A stretch of 64,000 bases of DNA from an uncultured Phycisphaerae bacterium (GTDB lineage Bacteria > Planctomycetota > Phycisphaerae > UBA1845 > JANYLN01). Below are positions 21,564 to 34,406 of the stretch, piece after piece. Numbering within the stretch: the stretch's first letter is position 1; every line of letters starts with the position of its first letter. The notes beneath the pieces were generated by a model. The model did no database searches and was not told the DNA's origin. It was given only the letters and a program-made list of their open reading frames with translations. The position numbers were made by a program, and so were the translations under genes. Location of the stretch: NCBI GenBank assembly GCA_963767465.1, contig CAVYDW010000003.1, positions 848,116-912,115 of the forward strand. The letters are read 5' to 3'.

Positions 21564-23600
21564 ATGTCCATCAGGTTTAGGGAGCTTCGCGTCAGTTACA
21601 AGCTGGCGATCGGGTTCGGGCTGGTGGTGTTGATTGCTTGCGGTCCGGGCCTGTTGTCAGTTGTCAATTCCTATTACTTCGGCAAGGAAGTCCATGCCTT
21701 GTCGGATGAGAACATCCCGGAGATAAGAACCGCCAACAATCTTGAGCGCAACGTACTGCCAGCCTTGCTCCAAGTGAACAATTACGGCCTTACGGAGAAT
21801 GGTCAGTACCTACAGGGAGCTCGGCAGCAGTTGGACGAGTTGCGAAAGAGCCTCCAGGAGGCACGCGCGCACAGCCAGCGATTTGCACGTCTGGCCGACA
21901 TGAGGGCGGCCATCGAGAGCGTTGACCGCGTAGTCGCAGATACTGGAACACGCATGCAGGAAGTCGAGCGGATGACCCGGGACCTGGAGGCCGCCCGATT
22001 GACCGCGGAAGCGTCGATGCGGGAATTCGCAGACACGTGCGCTGCCCTGCTCAAAGCCCAAGAGGAAGGACTGCTCGGAGAACTGTACGCCGGCCTGGAT
22101 CCGGACAAACTGGAACCACGAATCAAGAAGATCGGACTGTGTGCGGAAGTCCAGAGCCTGGGGAACGGGATTGTCAGCGAGGGGTGGAAATCGCAGTTTC
22201 GACGTGATCCGCAATTGCTCGTGAAAGCCAACGCCGTATTTGATCAGGTTGGCCAGAAGCTGGATGAACTTCAGCGATTGTCGTCTTTTGAGGGCGATCT
22301 GAAACGCATTGAAAAATGCCGTGCCAATGCACTGGGCTATCACAATAGCATGGACCTGCTCGCGAAGTACTTGAAAGAGCGTGAGCAGACCGGCAAGAAC
22401 TGCATCGCCGCACTGAATAGCATCATGGACCTGGCCAAGCAAGTCGCCAATGTCGGCATGGACGACACCAATCACAGTGCCACGAGAATGGTCTCCGCGT
22501 TGACCCGGGAGATGGTTGTGCTGGTCTGCGCCCTTGGTGCTGGGCTCTTGGCAGCCACCGTAGTTGCCTGGGTCGTCACGCGTTCGATCACCAAGCCGAT
22601 GACGCGGATCTCCCGCATCCTCAGGGGAAGTGCACAGCGGACCTCCGCCGCATCCGGCCAGGTGGCCCAGGCCAGCCAGCAGATGGCGGAAGGCGCCAGC
22701 GAGTCGGCGAGCAGCCTCGAAGAGGTGTCTTCCAGCCTGGAAGAGATGGCCAGCATGACCAAGCAGAACGCGGACAACGCTCACCAGGCCAACACCATGG
22801 CCAGCGAGGCGCAGAAGGCCGCCGAGCAGGGCAGCAGCGCGATGACGCGGATGAATACTGCGATCGGCCAGATCAAGACCAGCAGCGACCAGACCGCCAA
22901 GATCCTCAAGACCATCGATGAGATCGCCTTTCAGACCAACCTGCTAGCCCTCAATGCCGCAGTGGAAGCCGCCCGGGCCGGCGAGGCGGGCAAAGGCTTT
23001 GCGGTGGTGGCTGAAGAGGTGCGGAACCTGGCCCAGCGCAGCGCCGAGGCAGCCAAGAACACGGCCAGCCTGATCGAGGAGAGCCAGAAGAACGCCGACA
23101 ACGGCGTGGCGGTTTCCAGCGAGGTCGGCAAGATTCTCGGCCAGATCGTCGAGGGCGTCCAGAAGGTCAACCAGCTCGTCGGCGAGGTCTCCTCGGCCAG
23201 CCAGGAGCAGGCCCAGGGCATCGAGCAGATCAACACCGCCATCGCCCAGATGGACAAGGTCACCCAGAGCAATGCCGCCAACGCCGAAGAGAGTGCCTCG
23301 GCCAGCGAGGAACTCTCGGCCCAGGCGAAGGAACTCAACGTGATGGTCGACAGCTTGGTCGCCATCGTCGGCGGGGCCAAGGCTCGTGCATCGGCATCGG
23401 CCGCAGATGCCCTGCCTGTCACGCAGCGGATCGCCGCCAGCGAGGTGCAAGCAAAGGGCCTGAGCCTGTCGGACAAGGCCCTCCACCAGACATGGAGCCC
23501 CCACAAGACGGCCACCGGATCGGATGCCGCCGACAAGACCAGGCCTGTCAGAAAGCAGGCGGTCATCCCGCTGGGTGAAAAAGATCTCCAGCCGTTCTAG
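21564..23600 (+). CDS. Methyl-accepting chemotaxis protein
   Basis: Two TM segments around a helical sensor; [37 protein letters not shown]. Confidence 0.95.
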   Translation: MSIRFRELRVSYKLAIGFGLVVLIACGPGLLSVVNSYYFGKEVHALSDENIPEIRTANNLERNVLPALLQVNNYGLTENGQYLQGARQQLDELRKSLQEARAHSQRFARLADMRAAIESVDRVVADTGTRMQEVERMTRDLEAARLTAEASMREFADTCAALLKAQEEGLLGELYAGLDPDKLEPRIKKIGLCAEVQSLGNGIVSEGWKSQFRRDPQLLVKANAVFDQVGQKLDELQRLSSFEGDLKRIEKCRANALGYHNSMDLLAKYLKEREQTGKNCIAALNSIMDLAKQVANVGMDDTNHSATRMVSALTREMVVLVCALGAGLLAATVVAWVVTRSITKPMTRISRILRGSAQRTSAASGQVAQASQQMAEGASESASSLEEVSSSLEEMASMTKQNADNAHQANTMASEAQKAAEQGSSAMTRMNTAIGQIKTSSDQTAKILKTIDEIAFQTNLLALNAAVEAARAGEAGKGFAVVAEEVRNLAQRSAEAAKNTASLIEESQKNADNGVAVSSEVGKILGQIVEGVQKVNQLVGEVSSASQEQAQGIEQINTAIAQMDKVTQSNAANAEESASASEELSAQAKELNVMVDSLVAIVGGAKARASASAADALPVTQRIAASEVQAKGLSLSDKALHQTWSPHKTATGSDAADKTRPVRKQAVIPLGEKDLQPF

Positions 23601-23620
23601 TCTTGTTGCCGCAAGTAACA

Positions 23621-23660
23621 GCCGGGGCGAGGGCATCGCACCTTCGCCCCGGTTCTTTTG
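23621..23660 (+). terminator. Rho-independent terminator
   Basis: CCGGGGCGAGGG..CCTTCGCCCCGG then TTCTTTTG. Confidence 0.75.
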
Positions 23661-23663
23661 TTC

Positions 23664-23879
23664 CTGGACGTGTACGAGGATGAGCCGCACCCTGCGCCCG
23701 GCCTGGTCGACCTGCCGAACACGGTGCTCCTGCCGCACATCGGTTCGGCGACGCACCAGGCACGGACGAAGATGGCAATCCTGGCAGCCGAGTCGATCCT
23801 GGCCGCCCTGGCCGGACAGAGCCCCACCCACCTGGTCAACCCGTCTGCCTGGCCCGGCCGATGCGCCAGCCCGGCCTAG
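23664..23879 (+). pseudogene. C-terminal remnant of a D-2-hydroxyacid (glycerate/glyoxylate) dehydrogenase
   Basis: LDVYEDEP..LPNTVLLPHIGSAT..RTKMAILA; no N-terminal part upstream. Confidence 0.8.
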
Positions 23880-24245
23880 GTCGCCCCCACCGTCCTATGA
23901 CCAAGGCCTCCTTGAGGCAACGAGCATCCGGCACTAAGCCGAAGCCTGCAGGCAGTCAGACGCACCGGTCGACGGTCCTCAGGCAAGCAGACACTGCCGA
24001 TCCACTCGATCAACATTCGGATTCACTGTCGCTTCGGGGTAGGTAGTGCCGGTCCTGACTCACATGTCCTGTGTCTGTATCGATATGCCTCGTCGCCTCG
24101 CGTGCAAACCATGCACCCCGTCCGTATAATGATTGCCTTGGTAAATGTTAACGAGTGTATACTAATTGACGCGGGGCCATCCAGGGGTTCGAACAGCCGT
24201 GCAACACACCGAATCCCGTACCTGGCCTGCCACAAGGTAAAGGCA

Positions 24246-25483
24246 ATGATATCCAATCCGACAGGACGTGTGACACTCCGACTGCTGGCCGCCGCGGCGG
24301 CCGTGACACTGGCCGGTGGACTCATCGTCGGCTGCGCCAAGGATGGCAATGCCGCGGCGGCAGGCAAGTCCGCGGGGGCCCCGCCGGCCCCCGTCAGCGT
24401 GGCGGCCGTTGTGGCCCGGGAGATGCCGGTCCAGGTGCCGGCCCTCCTCGGCACGGTCGAGGCCTACTCCAGCGTCACCATCAAGAGCCGCGTGGCCGGC
24501 CAGCTCGACCAAGGTCGCCTTTCAACAGGGCCAGGACGTCAAGAAGGATGCCTTGCTGTTCGAGGTGGACCGCCGGCCCTTCGAGGCGAGCCTGGCGGTA
24601 GCCAAGGCCCAGGTCCTGGTCGCCCAGGCCAATCTCGGGCAGGCCCAGGCCAAACTGCAGCAGGCCCGGCGGGATTGGGACCGCGCTCGCCAGCTGGGCC
24701 CGTCCGACGCCCTCTCCCAGGCGCAGTACGACTCCTACCAGTCCGCCTTCGAAGTCGGCCAGGCCAGCGTCAGCGCAGCCGACGCCCAGGTCGTGGCCGC
24801 CCGGGCCGCCGTGGACAATACCCAGATCCAGCTCGACTACTGCACCATCGCGGCGCCCCTGGACGGTCGGACCGGCGACCTGATGGTCCACGAGGGCAGC
24901 ATCGTCAAGAACGACGACACGGCGCTGGTGCTGGTCAACCAGGTCCAGCCGATCTACGTCACCTTCTCGGTCGCCGAGAAGTTCCTGCCGCAGATCCGCC
25001 TGCACATGGCCACCAGCACGACGCCGCTGGCCGTGGAGGCGACGATCCCCCAGACGAATGAGCCGGCCGAGACGGGGCAGGCTGAGTTTCGTGGACAACC
25101 TGGTCGACCGCACGACGGGCATGATCCAGCTCAAGGGGACCTTCGCCAACCAGAGCCGGCGGCTCTGGCCGGGGCAGTTCGTCAACGTCACGCTGACGCT
25201 GACGACCCGCCCGGGGGCGATTCTCGTGCCGTCGCAGGCCGTCCAGACCAGCCAGACCGGGCAGTTCGTCTTCGCGGTCAAGCCGGACAACACAGTTGAA
25301 TCCCGCACCGTAACGGCTGGCGACACCTGGAAGGGCCTGGTCGTCATCGAAAAGGGCGACCTCAAGGCAGGTGAAACAGTCGTCACGGACGGCCAGCTGC
25401 GGCTGATCCCCGGCTCGAAGGTCAGTATCAAGAATGCCGCGGCAACGCAGACCGCGGGCCTGGCAGAGGCAAATGCCGGCTAG
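24246..25483 (+). CDS. RND efflux membrane fusion lipoprotein (MdtA-like; frameshifts near 24510 and 25080)
   Basis: Lipobox LIVGC; GTVEAYSSVTIKSRVAGQL; IAAPLDGRTG; LWPGQFV. Confidence 0.9.
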
Positions 25484-25513
25484 GGTCGGCGGCGCAAGCG
25501 AGAGCTCCAATCC

Positions 25514-28500
25514 ATGAATCTTTCGGACATGTTCATTCGTCGCCCGGTCATGACCACCCTGCTCATGCTCGGCATCCTTCTGTTCGGCTTCGCGGCCTAC
25601 CGCGGCCTGCCGGTCAGCGACCTGCCGAACGTGGATTTCCCATTCATCTCGGTCGGGGCCGGCCTGCCTGGCGCAAGCCCCGAGACGATGGCCTCCTCCG
25701 TAGCCACGCCGCTGGAGCGTGAGTTCAGCACCATCGCGGGACTGGACTCGATGAGTTCGACCAGCCAGCTCGGCTCGACCCAGATCACGCTGATGTTCGA
25801 CCTGAGCCGCAGCATCGACGCGGCGGCCCAGGACGTCCAGGCCGCCATCTCCCGCGCCAGCCGGAACCTGCCGCTGAACATGCCCGCCCCACCCAGCTAC
25901 CGGAAGGTCAACCCCGCGGACCAGCCGATCCTGTTCCTGGCCCTGACCAGCCCGTCGCTGCCGCTGTACACACTCAACGAATACGCCGACACAATGATGG
26001 CCCAGCGGATCAGTATGATCAACGGCGTGGCCCAGGTGCTGGTCTACGGTACCCAGAAGTACGCGGTCCGCGTCCAGATCGACCCCCAGCAGCTCGGCCA
26101 GCCGCGGCATCGGCATCGACGAGGTCATCGACAAGGTCGAGAACTCCAACGTCAACCTGCCGGTCGGCACGTTCTGGGGGACTCACCAGGCCTACAACGT
26201 CCAGGCCAGCGGCCAGCTCTATGAACGCCGACTCCTACAAGCCGATGATCGTCGCCTATCGCAACGGCCGCCCGGTCCGGCTGTCAGACGTCGGGACCGT
26301 CATCGACAGCGTGGAAAACGACAAGATCGCCGCCTACTACATCAACGCGGAGAAGTTCGAGCGCTCCGTGATTCTGGCCATCCAGCGCCAACCCGGCACC
26401 AACACGGTCGCGGTCGTGGACGCAGTCAAGGCGCTTCTGCCGTCTTTCCGCGCGCAGCTGCCGGCCTCGGTCTCGATCAACGACCTCTACGACCGCAGCA
26501 TCTCCATCCGCGACTCGGTCAACGACGTCAAGTTCACCCTGGTGTTGACGCTGTGCCTGGTCATCCTGGTGATCTTCCTGTTCCTGCGGTCCTTCTGGGC
26601 CACGACCATCCCCTCCATCGCCATGCCGATGTCCGTGGTCGGCACCTTCATCGTCATGAGCCTGATGGGCTACAGCCTGGACAACCTGTCGCTCATGGCC
26701 TTGACGCTGTCGGTCGGGTTCGTCGTCGACGATGCCATCGTCATGCTCGAGAACATCGTCCGCCACATGGAAATGGGCGAACCGCGCCTGCAGGCCGCCT
26801 TCAGCGGCTCCCAGGAGGTCAGCTTCACAATCCTGTCCATGACGCTCTCGCTGGCCGCTGTGTTCATCCCCATCCTCTTCATGGGCGGCCTCGTGGGGCG
26901 GCTCTTCCACGAGTTCGCCGTCACCATCGGCGCGGCCATCCTCGTATCGGGCGTGGTCTCGCTGACCCTTACGCCGATGCTGTGCAGCCGGTTCCTCAAG
27001 GCCGGGGGGGAGGCCCATCACGGGCGGATCTACGCCGCCAGCGAGAAGGTCTTCGACGGCATGCTCTGGCTCTACGAGACCGGCCTGCGCTGGGCGCTAC
27101 GGCACCGGCTGACGACCATGTTCTTCTCGCTGCTGGTCCTGGCGGGGACTGTGTTGCTGTTCATGGTCGTGCCCAAGGGCTTCCTTCCCAGCGAGGATAC
27201 CGCCCGGTTCATAGGCTACACGGAAGGGGCTCAGGGCATTTCCTTTGAAGCCATGACGCGGGCGCAGAACGAGATCGCCCGCATCGTGCGAGAAGACCCG
27301 AACGTCGATTCGTTCATGTCCTTCATTGGCCGCACGCCCAACGGCGGCATCATCTTCGTGCGCCTCAAGCCCCGCAAGCAACGCCCGCTCGGCGTCGAGG
27401 ACGTCATCAACGAGTTGCGTCCCAAGGTCAACCAGGTCACCGGCATGACCACCTTCATGTTCAACCCGCCGGCCATCCAAACCAGCGGCCGCATGACCAA
27501 GAGCCAGTACCAGTACACGATCCAGGGCCCCGACACCGAGCAGATGTTCAAGGTGGCCCCGGCCATGGCCGAGAAGATGAAACAGATTCCCGGGCTGGTC
27601 GACGTGACCACCGACCTGCAGTTGGCCAATCCCCAGGTCAACGTCACCATCGATCGTGACAAGGCCTCGGCGCTGGGCATCACCGCCGGGCAGATCGAGA
27701 ACGCCCTGGGGGCCGCCTACGGCTCGCAACAGTATTCGACGATCTACGCCTCCACCAACCAGTACCAGGTCATCGTGGAACTGCAGCCGCAGTTCCGCAG
27801 CGACCCCGACGAACTGGCCATGATCTACGTCCGCTCCAGCGTCAACGGGCAGCTCGTTCCGCTCAACACCCTGGCCAGTATCACCAAGACCCTCGGGCCT
27901 CTGACCGTCAACCACACCGGCCAGCTGCCCTCGGTCACCGTCTCGTTCAACCTCAAGCCCGGCGTGCCGCTGGGACCGGCCGTCGACGCCGTCAACAAGC
28001 TCGGCCACCGAGACCCTGCCCGGCAACTTCACCACGGGCTTTCAGGGAACCGCCCAGGCGTTCCAATCGGCGACGGTAGGCCTGGGGCTGCTCCTGGTCC
28101 TGGCGATCGCGGTGATCTACATGGTCCTGGGCATCCTCTACGAGTCCTTCATCCACCCGCTGACGATCCTGTCGGCGCTGCCGTTCGCCGGCTTCGGCGC
28201 CCTGGCCACCCTGTGGTTGTTCCACGTCGAGCTCAGCATTTACGCGTACGTCGGCATCATCATGCTGGTGGGCCTGGTGAAAAAGAACGGCATCATGATG
28301 ATCGACTTCGCCATCGACGCCCAACGGACCGAGGGCAAGAGCCCCCGGGACGCCATCTACGAGGCGTGCGTCATCCGGTTCCGGCCGATCATGATGACCA
28401 CGATGGCCGCCCTGATGGGCACCCTGCCGATCGCCATCGGCTACGGCGCCGGGGCCGAGTCGCGCCAGCCCCTGGGCCTGGCGGTCGTCGGCGGCCTGCT

Positions 28501-28648
28501 GTTCAGCCAGGCCCTGACGCTCTTCGTCACGCCGGTGTTCTTCCTCTACATGGAGTCGCTGCGCCGCTGGCTGGGCGGGGCGAAGCACGAGCCGTTCGAG
28601 CCGACAGCGGTCAAGGAGCCAGTACCGGCTATCGAAGGAAAGGCATAG
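25514..28648 (+). CDS. RND efflux permease (MdtB/MdtC-like; frameshifts near 26100, 26220, 28010)
   Basis: FIRRPVMTTL, LPNVDFP, GFVVDDAIVMLENI, GLVKKNGIMMIDFA, RFRPIMMTT. Confidence 0.92.
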
Positions 28649-28751
28649 GGCCTGGACCGGAGACGGCAGCCGTCCCCCAACATGCAAGTTCGTGCAGGAC
28701 GTGGCGGTCGTTGCCTACCGCCACTGGCGAGACTGACCACCTACTGCACGT

Positions 28752-30633
28752 CTACCGCCGCGCGATCCACACGGTCATCGCCCCCGGCTTGCGGTTGTCC
28801 CACAGGCAATAGGGAATCGCTCGGATCTTCGCCGACCGCAGCCTCCACCCGTCCGACAGGCTGGTACAGATCCCCATCCCATTCGCCCGCCACATCGGCC
28901 AGCGCCTCCCCCTCGATCACCACCGCCTCGCCGGGCAGGCCCTTTTCGCGCCGCGCTTTCAGATCCGCCCCGTCGCGCAACCGGATCGACAGAACGTCCG
29001 CCTTGTGGTCGCACTGCTCCAGGCAATACACCACCGGCCCGCGCTGCAGGACCACCTTGCCGACGTCCTGCTCCACGTGCGGGTGGGCCACGATCCGCTC
29101 GATCGGCATCTGCAGCGACAGCTCCACCACGTCCCCGCCCTGCCAGCGGCGTTGCAGCCGAACGTACCCCTTCGACATCCGCCGCACCGCCGGCTTGCCG
29201 TTGATCTTGACCGTGTGCCGCCGGCACCAGCCCGGAACCCGCAGCAGCAAATCGAACTTCGCCGGCGCAGCCGCCTCCACCACAAACCGCATCCGCCCGT
29301 GCCAGGGATACTCCCCTTCCTGTCGCAGCGTCACCTCCTGGCCCGCCACCTTCAGCGTCCCCCGCCCCGCCACGTATAGGTGCACGTACAGCCCGTCGCC
29401 GCCGGTGGAGTACACGTACTGTCCCAGCGAGGCCAGCAGCCGCGCAACGTTCGGCGGGCAGCACGCGCAGCCGAACCACTCCTGCCTGTGGTGTCCGCCG
29501 CGCGACATCAGCGGATTGACATAGAAGAACTTCTTGCCGTCCAGCCCGATCCCCGACAGCACTCCGTTGTACAGCGCCCGCTCCATCACGTCCGCGTACT
29601 GCGCGTCCCGCTCGACCTGCAGCATCCGATGCGCGAAGAAGACCAGCCCGATAGCTGCACAGGTCTCCGCGTACGCCGACTCGTTCGGCAGGTCGTACGC
29701 CTGGGTGAACGCCTCGCCCCGGTGCTCCGAACCCACCCCGCCGGTCACGTACATCTTCCGGCTGACCACGTCCTGCCACAGCGTCCGGCAGGTCGTCAGC
29801 AGCGACTCGTCCTTGCGCTCCCGCGCGATGTCCGCCATCCCGCTGTACAGGTACATCGCCCGCACCGCGTGGCCGGCCGCCTCCGTCTGCTGCCGCGCCG
29901 GCACGTGCGCCTGGTAATACTTGTGGTCCCCCCCGGCCCAGTGCTTCTTCGGGTCCTCTCCGCGGGCGCGGGCCTCTTCGTCGAACACGTGCGGCTGCCT
30001 GCCGCGTTCGTTGATAAAGTACTCGGCCAGCTTCAGGTATCGCTCCTGCCCCGTCACCCGGTGGAGCTTCACCAGGGCCAGTTCGATCTCCTCGTGCCCG
30101 CAGTAGCCGGCCCGCTTGCCCGGGCCGAAGGTCGCGTCAATGCAATCGGCCAATCTGCAGACCACCTCCAGCAGCGTCCGCTTGCCGGTACCCTCGAAGT
30201 GCGCCACGCCCGCCTCGATCATGTGCCCGGCGCAATACATCTCGTGGCAATCGCGGAGGTTCGTCCACCGCTTGCCCGGCTCGACCACCGTGTAGTGCGG
30301 GTTCAGGTAGCCGTCCGACTGCTGCGCCGAGGCGATCAGGGCAATCACCCCATCCACCAGGTGGTCCAGCTCCGCGTCCGGATGGGTAGCCAGGCTGTAG
30401 CTGGCCGCCTCAATCCACTTGGCCACGTCGCTATCCCAGAAGATGTGCGGCGGATTTGGACCGCCGGGTTTCCAGTCCAGTTTGTACTGGTCGATCCGGC
30501 CGGTCTCCTTCAACATCCGGTACTCGTGCAGCAGAACCGTTCGCCGGTTGACCGCCAGCCACGGACCCCAGAAGGCGTCCTCAATCCTCACATTCGCCAG
30601 CCCAGCCGGCTGCAGCGCCTCTTGTGCGATCAT
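28752..30633 (-). CDS. Glycoside hydrolase family 127 (beta-L-arabinofuranosidase-like; frameshift near 28835)
   Basis: FWDSDVAKWIEA, HEMYCAGH, GHEEIELAL, GHAVRAMYL, YAETCA, FFYVNPL, CACCPPN; AIPYCLWDNR tail in another frame. Confidence 0.92.
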
Positions 30634-31093
30634 CGTGAGAAACTCCTGGACTCGAAACCCGGATCGTGCCGGTCTCATCTTACGCAGGACCCGCCTGCCG
30701 GAGAAGCGGACGCCGCCCCGCTTCGACGCGTATGAGGGTAGGCAGAGATCGCGGGACGCTCTTAGCTGGCTTGGGGGGGGTAAGACGAAGGGACTCAAGG
30801 CGAAGGAATCTCCAGGTTCCGAGCAATCTGCGGAAAACCTCTCCATGTATCCGGCGAGCCAACGACTCACCACGCGAGATCATCGGCACTCGCCCGGAAC
30901 CCTTGCTTATTCCACCAAAGCTGCTACGCTGTCTCCTGAACTGCATGGTAGCGCCGCAGCGATAGACGTTGTGCCTCGCGGCGAGAGGCGCCTTGCGTGT
31001 GTCTGCCGATGGTGCTCAGAATATGTGTCCGGGCCTGCGATGTACCTGCGGGCTCACAGGAACGTCCTCGCGGAATCCGGACCGGAGTGATTC

Positions 31094-32391
31094 GTGGTTA
31101 GATGGTTAGCTCGAGTTGCGGCCCTGCTGTTGGTGGCCGCTGCCGTTTGGGGCGGCCGGCACATCCTGGCGGACAAGGATGGGCTCGAAGTGCATACGGT
31201 GGGTCTGTCCCGCGGCCCGCTTCAGCTAGCCGTCAGCACCACGGGAAAGCTCGCCCCGACCACCCAGGTGACCGTCGGCTCCGAGGTCTCCGGCACCGTC
31301 GAGCAGATCCTGGTCAACTACAACGACCGCGTCACCAGCGGCCAGATCATCGCCACGATCAAGCCCGAGTACTACCGCGCCCAGAACGAGCAGGCCCAGG
31401 CCGAACGCGCCAAGGCCCTCGCCCAAGTCCACCAGATGGAAGTCAATGAGCGCGAGGCCAACCGGGAGTTCGACCGCGTCGAAACGCTCCGCAAGAACGG
31501 CGCCGCCAGCGATGAGGAATACAACACCCGCAAGGCCGCCCGCGACGCCGCCCGCGCCACCACCGAGGTCGCCCGGGCCGCTGTCCTGGCCGCCGAGAGC
31601 CAGGTAAGCCTGACCGCTTACACCCTCAAGCGGGCCGTCATCACCAGCCCCATCGACGGGACGGTCCTGGACCGCCGCGTCGATGTCGGCCAGACCGTCG
31701 CCGCCACCTTGCAGACGCCCGTAATGTTCGTGCTGGCCGAGGACCTGGCCCAGATGGACCTGCTGGCCGACGTCAGCGAGGCCGACATCGGCTACGTCTC
31801 GCCGGGGCAGCCCGTGACGTTCACCGTCAACACCTTCCGCGGGCGGACGTTCCGCGGTGAGGTCGGCCAGATCCGCAACGAACCGCACACTGTCGGCGAC
31901 GTTGTCAACTACACCGTCGTGATCAGTGTCCGCAACGACCACTACCTGTTCCGCCCCGGCATGCCCGCTGACGTGACGATCCAGATCGTCCAGCAGGACG
32001 ACACGGTCAAGATCGCCAATGGGGCCCTTCGCTTCCGGCCGCCCCTGACCCCCGACGAGGTCCGTCGGCAGATCGCGGAGCTGACCTGGCCGGCGGCGCC
32101 GGCGCCCTGCGGGTCCTGGGCACCCAGCCGGTAGCGACGCGGCCCGGCGTCATCACTGCCCTGCCCCCTCCGATCGAGCCGTCCAAGGGCACGCTCTGGC
32201 AATACGAAAACGGCCGCTGGAAGGCCGTACCGGTCTGGACGCTCTACACCGACAACCGTGAGACGGCCGTCGTCGCCCCCGGCATCGACGAGTCCTCCGC
32301 TTTCGCCGTGGAGATCGGCAAGGCCGAGGCCGGCAAGAACATGTTCAAGCAGGCGATCATGCTGGCCGACCCCCAGAACCGCAAGCTTTAG
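31094..32391 (+). CDS. MacA-like efflux membrane fusion protein (frameshift near 32105)
   Basis: VTVGSEVSG..VNYNDRV..GQ, ITSPIDG, VGQTVAATLQTP, VSEADIG, RPGM. Confidence 0.88.
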
Positions 32392-32394
32392 CCC

Positions 32395-33172
32395 ATGGCA
32401 AACGTCGTCGAATTGCAGGATATCCGCAAAGTCTACCGGATGGGCGCCAACGAGGTCCACGCCCTGCGGGGCATCGATCTGGCCGTCGCGGATGGCGAGT
32501 TCGTTGCCGTCATGGGTGCCTCCGGCTCCGGCAAGAGCACGCTGCTGAACATCCTGGGGTGCCTGGACAAACCGACCGGCGGCCTGTACCTGCTGAACGG
32601 CCAGCGGGTCGACCGCATGGATGACGAGCAGCTGGCCACTGTCCGCCGCACGCGTCTGGGCTTTGTCTTCCAGTCCTTCAACCTCCTGTACCGCAGCACC
32701 TCGCTGGAGAACGTCGAACTGCCCATGGTCTACATGGGCATCCCTCGGCGCCAGCGCGTCCGCCGGGCGGCCGCGGCGCTGGAGACCGTCGGCCTCACCG
32801 AGCGCATGGACCACATGCCCACCCAGCTGTCGGGCGGCCAGCAGCAGCGGGTCGCCCTGGCCCGCGCCCTGGTGACCCAACCCAAGCCTGCTCCTGGCCG
32901 ACGAGCCGACCGGCAACCTCGACTCCAGCACCAGTGAAGAAGTGCTCGAACTGCTCACCCGTCTGCAGCAGGACGGGAGTCTGACCATGGTGCTGGTCAC
33001 GCACGACCCGGACATCGCCGCCTACGCACATCGCATCGTGATCCTCCACGACGGGCGAGTCGTCTACGACCGCCCCTCGCCCAGCCGCGGCGGGCCCGAG
33101 ATCCCCCACATCAAGACGGTCGGCCTGGGCGCCAAGAGCGGCCAGTGGGTCCAACCGCGGGAGGGTGCCTGA
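32395..33172 (+). CDS. MacB/LolD-type ABC ATP-binding protein (frameshift near 32885)
   Basis: [38 protein letters not shown]. Confidence 0.92.
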
Positions 33173-34397
33173 TGGAATGGGCGATCTGGCTGGAGTGCAT
33201 CCGCATCGCCATGCGCGAGATGCGCCGCCACCCGACCCGTAGCAGCCTGACCATGCTCGGCATCATCTTCGGCGTGGCCGCCCTGATCGCCGTCGTCTCC
33301 ATCAGCCAGGGAGCCAACCAGCAGATCCAGGGCCAGATCGCCAACCTCGGCAGCAACATGATCCTGGTCCTGCCGGAGTCCAGCAGCCAGGGCGGACTGC
33401 GCAGCGGCGCCGGCACCAGCAACACCCTCACGGTCGCCGATGGTGAGGCCATCGAACGCGAGTGCGCCGCCGTCTCCCAGACCGCCACCGCCACCCGCAT
33501 TATCACCCAGATCGTCAGCGAACTGGCCAACTGGTCCACCGAGGTCGTCGGCGTTACCCACGAGTACCTGGAGGTACGCGCCTGGCAGATCCAGAACGGC
33601 CGAGGCATCGAGCACAAGGACGTCGATACCGGTGCCAAGGTCTGCGTCCTGGGCCAGGTCTCCGCCGAGAAGCTCTTCGGGCGGCTGGACCCCATGGGCG
33701 AGCAGATCCGCATCAAGGGAACGCCGTTTACCGTGATCGGTCTGCTGACGACCAAAGGCCAGAGCCCCACTGGCGTTGACCTGGATGACACGGTCCTCGT
33801 TCCGCTGAGTACCAGCGTTCGCTACCTGTGCGGTCCCGACCGGCCCAAGGCCATCGTCGTGGCCGCGGCCGGCGAGAAGATGATCGACCTGGCCATGGAG
33901 CAGATCCGAGTCCTGCTTCGCCAGCGCCACCAGATCCGCGAGGGCGACATCGACGACTTCACCGTGAAAAGCCTCGAGGAGGCCTCCCGCACGGCCGAAG
34001 ACACCTCCAAGGTCATGACCACCCTGCTGGTCAGCGTCGCGGCCATCAGCCTGCTGGTCGGCGGCATCGGCATCATGAACATCATGCTGGTGACAGTAAT
34101 GGAGCGCACCCGCGAGATCGGCATCCGCATGGCCCTGGGCGCCAGCCGCCAGATGATCCTCAGCCAGTTCATGATCGAGGCGGTGACCCTGGCTGGCGTC
34201 GGCGGGCTGCTGGGCATCCTCGTCGGCATCGCCGGCAGCCAGGTCCTCGGCTACGCGACGGGCTGGCCCGCCCTCTTTTCGCCAGCCCTGCTGATTACGC
34301 CCCTGGTCTTCGCGATGGGTGTGGGCGTACTCTTCGGCCTCTTGCCCGCGCCTGCGCCAGCCGCCTCAGCCCCGTCGAGTCCCTTCGGCACGAGTGA
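33172..34397 (+). CDS. MacB-like ABC permease (frameshift near 34350)
   Basis: RSSLTMLGIIFGV, VGGIGIMNIMLVTVMERTREIGIRMALGA. Confidence 0.92.
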
Positions 34398-34406
34398 CGG
34401 ATGCGC

